Position numbers and translations under genes: made by a program | NCBI GenBank assembly: GCA_025965795.1 | Contig: JAOPWH010000118.1 | Coordinates: 5,091 to 69,090 of the forward strand | DNA from: Blastococcus sp. | GTDB taxonomy: Bacteria; Actinomycetota; Actinomycetes; Mycobacteriales; Geodermatophilaceae | Direction of reading: 5' to 3' | Length of the DNA: 64,000 nt | Notes under the pieces: model-generated | Databases searched by the model: none | Told to the model about the DNA's origin: nothing | The model's input: only the letters and a program-made list of their open reading frames with translations | Part shown: in pieces, positions 47,031 through 56,972 of the stretch | Numbering within the stretch: the first letter of the stretch is position 1 | Layout of the letters: the number at the start of each line of letters is the position of its first letter

Positions 47031-47888
47031 TCACGTCTCGGAGCGACGAAGCCGGTCGACCACGTCGACGATCGCTCGGGTGCGCTCCACGGACACGGGG
47101 GCCCACCACACGCCACCCTCCTTCATGGCGCTGCCGACGATCGCCCCGTCGGCGATGCGCAGCAGCGCATCCGCGTTGTCGGTGTCGAGGCCACTACCGA
47201 CGATGACCGGCCTGCTCGCCGAATCCGCGATCTCCTTGACCTCGGAAGGCTGCGTCGGGTCGCCCGTGCGCCGGCCGGTCGCGATCAGGACGTCGGCTCC
47301 GAACGCCTCGACGTCGTGCGTCTGCTGGGCGATGTCCCGGTCAGCCACGATCGAATGGCTTCCGTGCTTGACGTGCACGTCGGCGAAGACCACGACGTCT
47401 CGCGCGTGGATGTGGGCCCGGAACCGCAGCGCGGTCGCGGCGCTGCCTTCGACGAAGCCCTCGTTCGCGATGTAGGCGTTGGCCCACTGGTTCGCCCGGA
47501 CGAAGCGCGCACCGGAGGCCTTGGCGATCGCCAGGCTCTGCAGGGTGGCGTTCGCGAGGCACAGCACTCCGACGGGTACCGACACTGCCTCGACGACCGC
47601 CCCCGTGACGACAGACATGGCCGCGACCGTCTCCGGGCCCACGAGGTCAGGCTTGAGGAAGGGGATGTCGCCCTCGTTCTCGACGATGAGCCCGTCGATG
47701 CCGCCCTCGACGTATCGGCGCGCGTCGGCCACCGCACGTTCGACGATGGCCCGCATGCTCTGTCCGTCGTACTGTGGCGCCCCCGGCAGCGGTTCGAGGT
47801 GCACCGTGCCGATCAGCGGCTTCGCCTGGGGGAAGAGACTTCTCAGAGCATCGACGCGCTCCGGCGTCACCGGCACCGTCTGGCTCAC
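47031..47888 (-). CDS. BtpA/SgcQ-family TIM-barrel protein
   Basis: IGTVHLEPLPGAP, ENEGDIP, ADVHVKH, IATGRRTG, VGSG, AIVGS. Confidence 0.9.
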   Translation of the reverse strand: MSQTVPVTPERVDALRSLFPQAKPLIGTVHLEPLPGAPQYDGQSMRAIVERAVADARRYVEGGIDGLIVENEGDIPFLKPDLVGPETVAAMSVVTGAVVEAVSVPVGVLCLANATLQSLAIAKASGARFVRANQWANAYIANEGFVEGSAATALRFRAHIHARDVVVFADVHVKHGSHSIVADRDIAQQTHDVEAFGADVLIATGRRTGDPTQPSEVKEIADSASRPVIVGSGLDTDNADALLRIADGAIVGSAMKEGGVWWAPVSVERTRAIVDVVDRLRRSET

Positions 47889-48811
47889 GTGATCCTCCTG
47901 AGTTCGCGGGTGAGGGCAGCGCTGCGGACCAGCGCGAGCTCCGTGTCGAGTCGCTCGGTAGCCGCGAGTGCCCCCCGGGTCTCGCAGACGAAAGAGGCGG
48001 ACACGCAGCCTGAGACGGCCGCCTCGACCGGGTCGCCGGTGCGGATGAAATTGGCGAGGAAGCCACCGCAGAACGCGTCTCCCGCACCGGTCGGATCCAC
48101 GAGGTCTATCGGCACCGGCGGGACGCGGATCACGGCATCCGATACGAGGACGTCGACTCCGTCCGCTCCCCGCTTGATCACCAGCACCGGGTCCAGGCCC
48201 AGGCTGCGTAGTTCGAGGCGGAGCCGGCGAAGGTCGTCGTGACCCCAGAGGTCCCGCACTTCCTGCTCGCTCGGCAGGAAGGCGTCGACCCCTGCCAGGG
48301 CTGAACCGTCGGCGTAGGCGCTGACGTCCAGGAACGGTTCGACGAAGAGGTCAAGGGTCCTGATGCAGTCGCCGTGGCGCAGTTCATCCAGTGCCCGGCG
48401 ATGGCCCTGGCTCGTCTGGGGAGCGAGGTGGATCCCCCGGGCGCCGCGAACATGCTCGGGCAGCGCCGGTCGAGCGGCGTCCAGCTCCTGCATCGTCCCC
48501 CCGCACTGCTTCTCCAGCTGCCGGCGCCGGCCACTCGTCTCGTGGAGGAGCCACAAGCCGATGCTCGCCAGCCCCGGTGAGGTGCTGACGGCCGCGACAT
48601 CCAGGCCGGTGGCGGCGATCCGAGCGAGAAACGAAGGCGGGTAGTCCATGCCCACGGCTGCGGCGATCCCGACGTGGTCCGACCAGAGCAGCGCACCGGT
48701 CGCGCTGTAGAGCGCGCCGCCCCCTGGCTGCTTCCAGTCGCTGCCCACGTCCTCGATGATCACGTCGTCGATGGTCAGCTCACCGACGGTCGCGACGTCC
48801 AGGCCCGTCAC
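47885..48811 (-). CDS. PfkB-family carbohydrate/nucleoside kinase
   Basis: PGGGALY, IKRGADG, DPTGAGDAFCGG; GTGA overlaps. Confidence 0.9.
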   Translation of the reverse strand: MTGLDVATVGELTIDDVIIEDVGSDWKQPGGGALYSATGALLWSDHVGIAAAVGMDYPPSFLARIAATGLDVAAVSTSPGLASIGLWLLHETSGRRRQLEKQCGGTMQELDAARPALPEHVRGARGIHLAPQTSQGHRRALDELRHGDCIRTLDLFVEPFLDVSAYADGSALAGVDAFLPSEQEVRDLWGHDDLRRLRLELRSLGLDPVLVIKRGADGVDVLVSDAVIRVPPVPIDLVDPTGAGDAFCGGFLANFIRTGDPVEAAVSGCVSASFVCETRGALAATERLDTELALVRSAALTRELRRIT

Positions 48812-49566
48812 TCGGGCGCCGCGAGCTCGACGTGGTACTCGTACCGGTCCCCTGCGAAAGTCATGACGGAGTACTCGACCGGCCGCTGGCCGGAGCTGAA
48901 CGCGGTTCGGCGCACGAGCAGGGTCGGGTCTCCTGTCCGACACTCGAGGAGGCGAGCCTCCGGCTTCGTCGCCACGGCTGCGCGAATCGTCTCGACGCCG
49001 TGGACCAGACGCAGACCGATCTCCGGTCCCTGGAGCACCTCGTACAAGGACGCAGACACCAGCGACTCGGCGGAGAAGAGATGGAGGCGGCCCTTCAGCA
49101 CGTCGACCGGCAGCCAGGTCTTGGCGATCGCGATCGGCCGGTCGTCAGCGAGCAGGAGCCGCTCGATGCCCTGGCAGTCACCCCGCGGAAGGCGCAGCGC
49201 GGAACGGACCTCGTCATCCGGGGTCACCACGCCCGAACGCAGCAGCCTGCGGTGCGGCCGGAACCCCTGCGCCCGCATGTTCTCGGTGAAGGAGTTGAGC
49301 AACGTCTTGTGAGTGGGACGCGGGCGTGCCACGAACGAACCGAGGCCCTGGATTCGTTCTATCCGCCCCGCGGCGACCAGCCTGTTGAGCGCCGTCCGGA
49401 TCGTCGCCCGGGACACGAGGTACTGCTCCTCGATCTCCGCCTCGCTCGGCAGGCGGTCGCCAGGCTTGAGCCCTTCCTCGCGGATCCGCTCGAAGAGCAC
49501 GTTCTCGAGCTGGACGTAGAGCGGGAGTGGTGAGCTTCGGTTCACCACCGCTGACATGTCGTTCAC
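48808..49566 (-). CDS. GntR-family regulator, HutC/UTRA subfamily
   Basis: PLYVQL, LPSE, VSRATIRTAL, GLGSFV; UTRA C-terminus. Confidence 0.93.
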   Translation of the reverse strand: MNDMSAVVNRSSPLPLYVQLENVLFERIREEGLKPGDRLPSEAEIEEQYLVSRATIRTALNRLVAAGRIERIQGLGSFVARPRPTHKTLLNSFTENMRAQGFRPHRRLLRSGVVTPDDEVRSALRLPRGDCQGIERLLLADDRPIAIAKTWLPVDVLKGRLHLFSAESLVSASLYEVLQGPEIGLRLVHGVETIRAAVATKPEARLLECRTGDPTLLVRRTAFSSGQRPVEYSVMTFAGDRYEYHVELAAPE

Positions 49567-49596
49567 CGGGTCCTCGTCGTTGGATGCACGACTGCG

Positions 49597-50001
49597 TCAG
49601 ATCTGCTCGGTCGTACCCGGGAGAGGTGGCAGGGAGACATGCGCGCTGACGATCCGCCATGAGCCTTCGAGCCGTACCCACACCTGCGTCTGACGGCCCA
49701 CTTGCGCCGCGTTCTCTTCTTCGTACTCGGTCACGGCGAGGCCGGTGTCGGCACCGAACGTCGTGATTCTGGTCCTGTGCAGCCGGCGCTGCGAAGCGGG
49801 TGGCCGGCCGCGCCGGTACTCGGCGATCGCAGCCCACCCGTACAGGTTCTCGAGTACGCCGAACCGAACCGTGGCGTCGTCGTCCCAGAAGAAGCGGTTC
49901 AGGGCGTCTACGTCGTTGGCCATCAACGCGGCCTCGTACTCACGGAAGGCCGCTGTGACCTCTCGGACGACGTCCGGACGATCGACCTCGCTGAGCATCA
50001 T
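49597..50001 (-). CDS. AtzH/HpxZ-like (DUF3225) protein
   Basis: VTAAFREYEAALMAND, RFGVLENLYG, GRQTQVW, WRIVSAHVS. Confidence 0.88.
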   Translation of the reverse strand: MMLSEVDRPDVVREVTAAFREYEAALMANDVDALNRFFWDDDATVRFGVLENLYGWAAIAEYRRGRPPASQRRLHRTRITTFGADTGLAVTEYEEENAAQVGRQTQVWVRLEGSWRIVSAHVSLPPLPGTTEQI

Positions 50002-51395
50002 GACTGTTCCCCTGTCGTCGATCCGGCGATCTCGAGCGCCCGGGCGACGCGGAAGAGCGCGGCCTCGTCGTAGGGCCGGGCCACGAGCTGAACACCCACC
50101 GGTAGGTCGCCCGGCCCGCGCACCGGAACGCTCAGGGCCGGCAGCCCGACGAAGGCCCAGGGCTGGGCCAGCAGTCCGAGGTTCGCACCGATGGACAGGT
50201 CCTCGCCGCGGACCCGCAGGAACCGCTCTCCCACCCGGGGCGCCGTGCAGGGCGTGGTCGCCATGACGAGCACGTCGACGTCCTCGAAGACAGTCCGCAC
50301 CGCCTCGCCGTAGTGGCGACGGAAGCGCTGCGCGGCCAGATAGTCCACTGCGGGCACCAGTGCGCCGGCGAGAAGCGCCGGGCGCACTGCCGGGTCGTAG
50401 TCCCGCGCTCTCGTCCGCAGACGCGTGAGATGGCGTTGCCCCGCCTCAGCGGAGGTGATCACCGACGACGCCCCGCAGGCCTGGGCCGTGCCGGGGACAT
50501 CGACCGTCCGACGGACGTCGAGCGGTCGGAGGGCCGCCTCGACCGCAGACATCACCTCGTCACCGGCCACCTCGGTGAAGTGGCCACCGGCCATCGCCAG
50601 CCGCAACCCGTCCACTCCCCTGTCCATCTGTGGGAGGCACGCTTCCGGGGTGCCGGGAGCCGACACGGGATCACGATCGTCCGGCCCGGCGAGGGCGTCG
50701 TACGCCGCGGCCAGGTCGTGCGCCGTCGACGCCAACGGACCGACGTGGTCGAGGCTGGTCACGAACAGGGTGGTGCCGGTTCGCGACACCCTCCCGAAGG
50801 TCGGCTTGAGGCCGAAGACGCCGCAGAGCGAGGCCGGGACGCGGATCGAGCCGTTGGTGTCGGACCCCAGGGCGAGCGGGACCAGCCCGGCAGCCACGAC
50901 CGCCGCCGAACCACCCGAGGATCCGCCGGCCAACCGATCGGTGTCCCGAGGGTTGCGCGTCGTGCCGTGGTGGGCGTTCTCCGTCGTGAAGCCGTGCGCG
51001 TACTCGTCCATGTTCGTGGCGGCGACGACCACGGCGCCGTGGTCGCGCAGCCGCCGGACGGCACTCGCGTCCGCCGCCGCCGGGCCGCGCTCGGGCTCGA
51101 TGAGCGACCCGGCCCGGGTGCGATGCCCCTGCACGTCGAACAGATTCTTCACGGCGAAGGGCACCCCCGCGAGAGGGCCGGGGTCACGACCGTCCCGGAC
51201 GAGGGCGTCGACGCGGGCGGCGTCCTCGAGGGCCCGGTCCAGGTAGACGTCGGTGACGGCGTTCAGCACCGGGTCGTGCTCCTCGATCGACCGGACCGTC
51301 CGGAGGACGACGTCCACAGCCGTGGTGCGGCCGTTGCGGACCGCGTCGGCGGTCCGGATGGCAGACATCCCGGTCTCGGCGGCGACCACCGTCAC
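49998..51395 (-). CDS. AtzE/HpxY-like amidase-signature enzyme
   Basis: AVKNLFDV, NMDEYAHGFTTEN, GGSSGGS, GSDTNGSIRVPASLCG. Confidence 0.9.
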   Translation of the reverse strand: MTVVAAETGMSAIRTADAVRNGRTTAVDVVLRTVRSIEEHDPVLNAVTDVYLDRALEDAARVDALVRDGRDPGPLAGVPFAVKNLFDVQGHRTRAGSLIEPERGPAAADASAVRRLRDHGAVVVAATNMDEYAHGFTTENAHHGTTRNPRDTDRLAGGSSGGSAAVVAAGLVPLALGSDTNGSIRVPASLCGVFGLKPTFGRVSRTGTTLFVTSLDHVGPLASTAHDLAAAYDALAGPDDRDPVSAPGTPEACLPQMDRGVDGLRLAMAGGHFTEVAGDEVMSAVEAALRPLDVRRTVDVPGTAQACGASSVITSAEAGQRHLTRLRTRARDYDPAVRPALLAGALVPAVDYLAAQRFRRHYGEAVRTVFEDVDVLVMATTPCTAPRVGERFLRVRGEDLSIGANLGLLAQPWAFVGLPALSVPVRGPGDLPVGVQLVARPYDEAALFRVARALEIAGSTTGEQS

Positions 51396-51598
51396 GGCCG
51401 GAACACCGCCGCCGGCTCCTCGGCCGGGTCACCGAGCTGGGCCGCGAAACCCCGCAGGACATCGACGTAGGCGACGACGGCTTCCAGATCCTCGGCCGGC
51501 ACGACGAGACCGAGGGCAGCAGCCGCCTGGCCGACCGCAGCCCGCGACGACGGCTCCGGCCCGGCCGGGGACGGTGACGTGATGGGGGCGCCGCTCAT
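51392..51598 (-). CDS. AtzG/HpxX-like (DUF4089) small amidase partner, 68 aa
   Basis: AAAALGL...EPAAVFRP C-terminus; overlaps both neighbours by 4 nt. Confidence 0.78.
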   Translation of the reverse strand: MSGAPITSPSPAGPEPSSRAAVGQAAAALGLVVPAEDLEAVVAYVDVLRGFAAQLGDPAEEPAAVFRP

Positions 51599-52908
51599 CG
51601 CGACGGCTCGTAGGGGACGCCGTCCGCCGCCGGCGGGATCGCCCGTCCGATCGCACCGGCGAGGACGACGACCGTGACGACGTACGGCAGGGCCTGCAGG
51701 AACTGGCTCGGAACCGGGAACCCGCTGACCTCGACGCCCAGCAGCTGGATCCGGCTGCCGAGAGCGGCCGAGAAACCGAAGAGCAGCGCACCGCCGAACG
51801 CCGGCCACGGACGCCACTTGCCGAAGATGAGAGCGGCGAGGGCGATGAACCCCGTCCCGTTCGTCATGAGGTCCTCGAAGGACCCCACGGTCTCCAGGGT
51901 GAACCAGGCACCGGCGAGGCCGGCGATCAGCCCGCCGAGGACCACCGACTGGTAGCGGATGCGGACGACGTTCACCCCCAGCGTCTCGGCCGCGTGCGGC
52001 TTCTCCCCTACCGAACGAACCCGGAGTCCCCACGTCGTGCGGAACAGCACGACCCTGCTGAGGAGCACGACGACGAACATCGTGAAGAAGATCGGCTTGC
52101 CGACGAAAAGTGTCTGACCGACGACGGGAAGGGAGGAGAGGAAGGGGATCTTGATCGCTGACAGAGTCACGCCGGTGCCGACTCCGAGCGGCAGCAGCAC
52201 CTGGCGCCGAAGGAAGCTGGTGATGCCGATGGCCAGGAGGTTGATGGCGACGCCACTGATGATCTGGTCGGTGCGGTAGGTGACGCAGAGGACCGCGTGC
52301 AGCAGGCCCAACAGCCCCCCGACGCCGATCGACACCAGGACCGCCACGATCAGCCAGGGACCCCCGGCTGCTCCGGCGACCAGCGCGTAGAACGTGAAGC
52401 CGATGCCCGCCGACGCCAGCATCATCCCCTCGATGCCGATGTTCACGACCCCCGCCCGCTCGCACCACAGTCCCGCGAGCGCGCCGAGGGCGATCGGCGT
52501 CGACAGGCGCAAGGCCTCGGTCAGCAGCGGGAGGAGATTGGTCTGCGTGACGTTGCCCAGCGCCACGCTCAGGATCAGGATCAGCGGAACCGCGAGGACG
52601 GCCGCCCCCACCAGCGCCACCGTGGCGTACCGCCCTGTCCAACGGTGGGCCAGCGCCACGCCGCCGGCGACGAAGTACAGGAGTGCGATCGTCAGAACGG
52701 CGTTCGGCGGGTCCACCGGGATGCGGGGGGCCAGGTCGCCCAGGCCGAAGACCAAGGTCACGTCCTCGACCGGCACGTGTCCGGAGATCCAGACCAGGGA
52801 ACCTCCCAGGAGGAGGAAGAACAGTCCGAGACTCTGCAGACGGACCGACGCCCTCGCCGGTACGTTGCGAGCCGGAGCCGGCCGCCCGGGCAAGTCCACC
52901 GTGGCCAT
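51595..52908 (-). CDS. Nucleoside-type ABC transporter permease
   Basis: ERAGVVNIGIEG, GEKPHAAETLG, GFIALAALIFGKW, ALPY. Confidence 0.92.
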   Translation of the reverse strand: MATVDLPGRPAPARNVPARASVRLQSLGLFFLLLGGSLVWISGHVPVEDVTLVFGLGDLAPRIPVDPPNAVLTIALLYFVAGGVALAHRWTGRYATVALVGAAVLAVPLILILSVALGNVTQTNLLPLLTEALRLSTPIALGALAGLWCERAGVVNIGIEGMMLASAGIGFTFYALVAGAAGGPWLIVAVLVSIGVGGLLGLLHAVLCVTYRTDQIISGVAINLLAIGITSFLRRQVLLPLGVGTGVTLSAIKIPFLSSLPVVGQTLFVGKPIFFTMFVVVLLSRVVLFRTTWGLRVRSVGEKPHAAETLGVNVVRIRYQSVVLGGLIAGLAGAWFTLETVGSFEDLMTNGTGFIALAALIFGKWRPWPAFGGALLFGFSAALGSRIQLLGVEVSGFPVPSQFLQALPYVVTVVVLAGAIGRAIPPAADGVPYEPSR

Positions 52909-54051
52909 CTACCCGGCCCATCCTCTCGAGAAGGTCGCCGGCCCGCCGTCCACTGCGCCTCGCGGCGCCCTGATCCGGAACAGCTTGCGCACGATGGCGT
53001 CGGCAGCCACGAACAGGATGATCAGCGCCTGGACGATCCGGACCAGATTCACCGACAGATCGGCCTCCACCTGCATGAGCGGCGCCCCGGAGAGCAGCGC
53101 CCCCCAGAGGAGAGCCGCAGGCACGACGGCCAGCGGGTTGCCGCGCGCCAGGAGGGCGATCGCGATCGAGTCGAAGCCGATGTTCGTGAACGCGCCGGGA
53201 GTCAGGTAGCCGGAGCTTCCGCCGATGACCTCGGCGGCGCCGGCGATCCCCGCCAGCGCGCCTGAGGCCGCCATGACCACGATGATCGTTCGCTGCACCG
53301 GCATGCCTGCGTAGAGCGCGGCGTCCTTGTTCGCACCCACCGTGCGGATCTCGAACCCGGGTGTGGTCCGTTTCAGGAAGAGGTACGTCGCGACGCAGAG
53401 CGCCAGAGCCAGCACGATGCCGAGATGGAGCCCCGTTCCCGTGACGAGGGCGGGCAGTCTCGCAGAGTCGGCGACGAGCCGGGTGTGCGGCGTCGACGCC
53501 GCCTGGTCGATGAGGAGGATCGGGTCGCGCGAGGTGATCAGGTACGACGCGAAGGCGGCGGCGATGCTGTTGAGCATGATCGTCGTGATGACCTCATGGG
53601 CACCTGTCTTCGCCTTGAGGACGCCCGGTATGCCGCCCCAGACGAGCCCTCCGAGCGTGCCGGCGAGCAGGACGACGGGCACGGCGAGGACGGCGGGCAG
53701 CCCCGCTAGCCAACTCCAGGTCCCGACCCACGCCGCTGCCAGTGCTCCGAGGAGTAGCTGACCTTCGGCGCCGATGTTGAACAGGCCGGCCTTGAAGCCG
53801 AGTACCACGGCGAGGGCGCCGATGATGAACGGTGTGGCGCGTCCGATGGTCGTCGCGATCCGGTCGGGACTGCCCAGGGCGCCGTCGAAGAGGGCGGCGT
53901 AGGCGGTGAGGGGGTTCGACCCCGCACCGATGATGAAGACGGCGCCCACCAGACTCGCGATGAGGATGGCGTACAGCGGCACCGTCACCGGCGCGAGACG
54001 GAAGTAGCGCTCCAGCGATCGGCGCCCGAAGGACTGGGAAGGCGGGGTCAT
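52909..54051 (-). CDS. Nucleoside-type ABC transporter permease
   Basis: GLFNIGAEGQ, HEVITTIMLN, GFDSIAIALL. Confidence 0.92.
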   Translation of the reverse strand: MTPPSQSFGRRSLERYFRLAPVTVPLYAILIASLVGAVFIIGAGSNPLTAYAALFDGALGSPDRIATTIGRATPFIIGALAVVLGFKAGLFNIGAEGQLLLGALAAAWVGTWSWLAGLPAVLAVPVVLLAGTLGGLVWGGIPGVLKAKTGAHEVITTIMLNSIAAAFASYLITSRDPILLIDQAASTPHTRLVADSARLPALVTGTGLHLGIVLALALCVATYLFLKRTTPGFEIRTVGANKDAALYAGMPVQRTIIVVMAASGALAGIAGAAEVIGGSSGYLTPGAFTNIGFDSIAIALLARGNPLAVVPAALLWGALLSGAPLMQVEADLSVNLVRIVQALIILFVAADAIVRKLFRIRAPRGAVDGGPATFSRGWAG

Positions 54052-55607
54052 CCGGTCGCTCCTCCCGCCATCAGGAGGCCGACCGTGTCGCGATCGGCGT
54101 CGCCGCGGTCCATGACCGCCGCGAGGGTGCCGCGGTACAGCACCCCCACCCGATCGGACAGTGTCAGCACCTCGTCGAGTTCTGCCGACACCAGGAGCAC
54201 GGCGACCCCGGCATCCCGGCGGTCGACGATCTGTCGGTGGATGAATTCGATGGAACCGACGTCGAGGCCGCGCGTGGGCTGCGCGACGAGGAGCAGCCGG
54301 ATGTCGCCGGAGAGTTCGCGGGCCATCACGATCTTCTGCTGGTTGCCACCCGACAGCGTGGCGGCGTCGACCTCGGTCGAGGGCGTCCGGATGTCGAACT
54401 CGGCGACGAGGCGCTGCGCGTGCTTGCGCATGACGGCCCGGTTCATCAACCACCGCCGGGAGAAGCGACGGCTGTGGTACCGGTTCAGCACGAGGTTGTC
54501 GGTGATCGAGTAGACGCCCACCAGCCCGTGCTTGCCACGGTCCTCGGGCACGTGCCCGACACCGAGATTCTCGACGTCCCGCGGAGAGCTGTGGGTGGTC
54601 TCCGTGCCGCAGATCCGAACCGTGCCCGACTGCGGGGTCCGCATGCCGGCCAGCGCCTCGACCAGTTCGCGTTGCCCGTTGCCCTCGACGCCGGCGATGC
54701 CGACGATCTCGCCTGCGCGCACGACCAGGTCGAACCCCGCAACCGTGAGGTGACCGCGGTCGTCGGCCACGTGCAGGTCCTCGACCTCGAGGACCGCGGC
54801 GCCGGGGCTCACCGGAGCCTTCTCGATCTCGAAGCCGACGTCCCGGCCCACCATCTCCCGGGCCAGCCCCTGCTCCGTCGCGCCTTCCACCACGGTCGAG
54901 GACACGACCCGCCCGGACCGCATGATCACCACGGTGTCCGCGACGGCCAGGACCTCGCGGAGCTTGTGGGTGATGAAGATGACGGACTTGCCCGAGTCGA
55001 CGAGGCTCCGGACCACGCCGAAGAACTCGACCACCTCCTGCGGGGTCAGCACCGCCGTGGGCTCGTCCAGGATGAGGATCTCCGCGTCGCGGTAGAGCGC
55101 CTTGACCAGTTCCACCCGCTGCTGGGCGCCCACCGACAGTTCACCGACGACGGCGTCCGGATCGACGTCGAGTCCGTACTTCTGCGACAGCCGGCGGACG
55201 TTTCGCCGGGCGGCCTCGATGTCGAGGAACGGGCCGCGCCGCTCCTCCTTCCCCAGGACCACGTTCTCGGCGACCGTCATCACGGGCACGAGCTGGAAGT
55301 GCTGGTGCACCATGCCGATGCCGTGACGGATGGCATCGGCCGAAGAGCCGAACGAGACGGCTTCCCCGCGGACCCGTACGACACCCTCGTCAGGTCGGTA
55401 GAGCCCGAAGACGACGTTCATCAGGGTGCTCTTGCCCGCACCGTTCTCGCCCAGAAGGCAGAGGATCTCGCCTTCGTGCAGCGTGAGATCGACGTCGGCG
55501 TTCGCCGTCACTCCGGGAAATCTCTTGGTGATGCCCTCCAGTTCCAGCACCGCGGCGCGTGGGCGGGCGTGGTTCGAGGGCGCGATCTCGTTCATGTCCG
55601 TCATCAA
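54048..55607 (-). CDS. ABC transporter ATPase (CUT2, tandem domains)
   Basis: GENGAGKST, MVHQHF, LDEPT, LSGGNQQK, QPTRGLD. Confidence 0.94.
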   Translation of the reverse strand: MMTDMNEIAPSNHARPRAAVLELEGITKRFPGVTANADVDLTLHEGEILCLLGENGAGKSTLMNVVFGLYRPDEGVVRVRGEAVSFGSSADAIRHGIGMVHQHFQLVPVMTVAENVVLGKEERRGPFLDIEAARRNVRRLSQKYGLDVDPDAVVGELSVGAQQRVELVKALYRDAEILILDEPTAVLTPQEVVEFFGVVRSLVDSGKSVIFITHKLREVLAVADTVVIMRSGRVVSSTVVEGATEQGLAREMVGRDVGFEIEKAPVSPGAAVLEVEDLHVADDRGHLTVAGFDLVVRAGEIVGIAGVEGNGQRELVEALAGMRTPQSGTVRICGTETTHSSPRDVENLGVGHVPEDRGKHGLVGVYSITDNLVLNRYHSRRFSRRWLMNRAVMRKHAQRLVAEFDIRTPSTEVDAATLSGGNQQKIVMARELSGDIRLLLVAQPTRGLDVGSIEFIHRQIVDRRDAGVAVLLVSAELDEVLTLSDRVGVLYRGTLAAVMDRGDADRDTVGLLMAGGATG

Positions 55608-55630
55608 GCGGTGCCCGTTCCTCGGGGGCC

Positions 55631-55668
55631 GTCACGGGGGCGCGGTGATCGCTGCGCGCCCCCGTGAC
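55631..55668 (-). terminator. Intercistronic hairpin after the binding-protein gene
   Basis: Perfect 14-bp inverted repeat GTCACGGGGGCGCG/CGCGCCCCCGTGAC. Confidence 0.7.
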
Positions 55669-55675
55669 CGGCGAC

Positions 55676-56845
55676 TTACTTGGGCTGACCGGTGATGGGA
55701 TCGACCGTCGTGTCGATGCTCCCGTCAGCCAGGCCCTTCCGGACCTCCTCGAGCTTCTGGCTGACATCTGCCGGCACCTTCGCGTCGTGCGCAGGCGCGT
55801 AGGTGATGCCGTCGTTCTCCGCCGTCAGCTGGAAGACGCCGCCCTTGAAGTCTCCCCGGATCGCTGCGGCGATCTGGCTGAAGACGCCGAGATCGACGCG
55901 CTTGACGGCCGACGAGGCGATGCGGTCGGCGCCCTTGGCGGACCCGCTGCCGAAGATCGTGGCGTACTGGTCCTGGTCGACTCCGATGGCCCACGAGCCT
56001 GCCTCCGCGGCAGCGCGCACCCCTCCGGAACCGGTGATGCCGCCTGCACCGAAGATCACGTCAGCACCTTCGCCGAGCATCTGAGTGGCATCGGAGGCGC
56101 CCTTGGCCGGGTCGTCGAAGGAGGAGTTGTAGACCTTGAGAACCTGGATGTCCGGATTGACCGACTTGGCCCCGGCCTCGTACCCGTTCACGTACCGGAC
56201 GACGGGCGGGACGTCCTCGCGTCCGGCGACGACGCCGATGGTGTTGGACTCGGTCAGCAGCCCCGCCAGCGCACCGGCGAGGTAACCGCCCTGGTCCTCG
56301 CGGAACAGGATGCCCACGTAGTTGTCGGGATAGGACGCCTGGAACTGGTCGATCCCGACGAACTTCGTGTCCGGGTTCTTCGTCGCGAAGGTGAGGGTCG
56401 CGTCGGCGAGGAGGAAGCCGGTCGAGATGACGACGTCCGGCTTGCTGCTGAGGATCGTCGTGAGGTTGTTGTTGTAGTCGGCCTGGTTCGCCGTCTCGAT
56501 GAAGTCGGTCTTGATGCCGAAGCACTTCTCGGCGGCCTTGAGACCTTCGTACGCGAACTGGTTGAAGCTTCCGTCGGTCACCGTCCCGACGTCGGTCACC
56601 AGTCCGGCGGTGAAGCCGGCGGGCGCCTTGACGTCGGAGTAGTCGCTCTTGCACAGCTCGTCGAGCGTCACCGCGGCGGACACCTCGCCGCCCGCGGACG
56701 GCGAGGAAGACGCCGAGCTACTGCTCGTACTACTGGGCTCCGCCGTCTTCGTCGCGTCGTTGCCACACGCGGAGGCGAGCATGGCGAGACTGAGTCCGAC
56801 CGTCACACCCCAGCGTGATCGGATCGGGGTTCGGGTGGAGTGCAC
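55676..56845 (-). CDS. BMP/PnrA-family nucleoside-binding lipoprotein
   Basis: ASAC lipobox; DGSFNQ, FREDQGGYLAG, AIGVDQDQ, SAVKRVD. Confidence 0.92.
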   Translation of the reverse strand: MHSTRTPIRSRWGVTVGLSLAMLASACGNDATKTAEPSSTSSSSASSSPSAGGEVSAAVTLDELCKSDYSDVKAPAGFTAGLVTDVGTVTDGSFNQFAYEGLKAAEKCFGIKTDFIETANQADYNNNLTTILSSKPDVVISTGFLLADATLTFATKNPDTKFVGIDQFQASYPDNYVGILFREDQGGYLAGALAGLLTESNTIGVVAGREDVPPVVRYVNGYEAGAKSVNPDIQVLKVYNSSFDDPAKGASDATQMLGEGADVIFGAGGITGSGGVRAAAEAGSWAIGVDQDQYATIFGSGSAKGADRIASSAVKRVDLGVFSQIAAAIRGDFKGGVFQLTAENDGITYAPAHDAKVPADVSQKLEEVRKGLADGSIDTTVDPITGQPK

Positions 56846-56929
56846 GTCGTGGTCCTCTCGTTCGACAGGTCGCAAGACGCCTCTGATCCCTCGTCGCGCC
56901 GGGAGGCCGATCCGCGATTGACTGGTGCA

Positions 56930-56958
56930 GTTAACATGACAACCTCACGACCTGACAA
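56930..56958. promoter_or_regulatory. Putative HutC/GntR operator in the divergent promoter
   Basis: Imperfect palindrome GTTAACATGACAAC and repeat ACATGACAA/ACCTGACAA; TTGACT just upstream. Confidence 0.5.
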
Positions 56959-56972
56959 GGAGGTGCGGGGCG

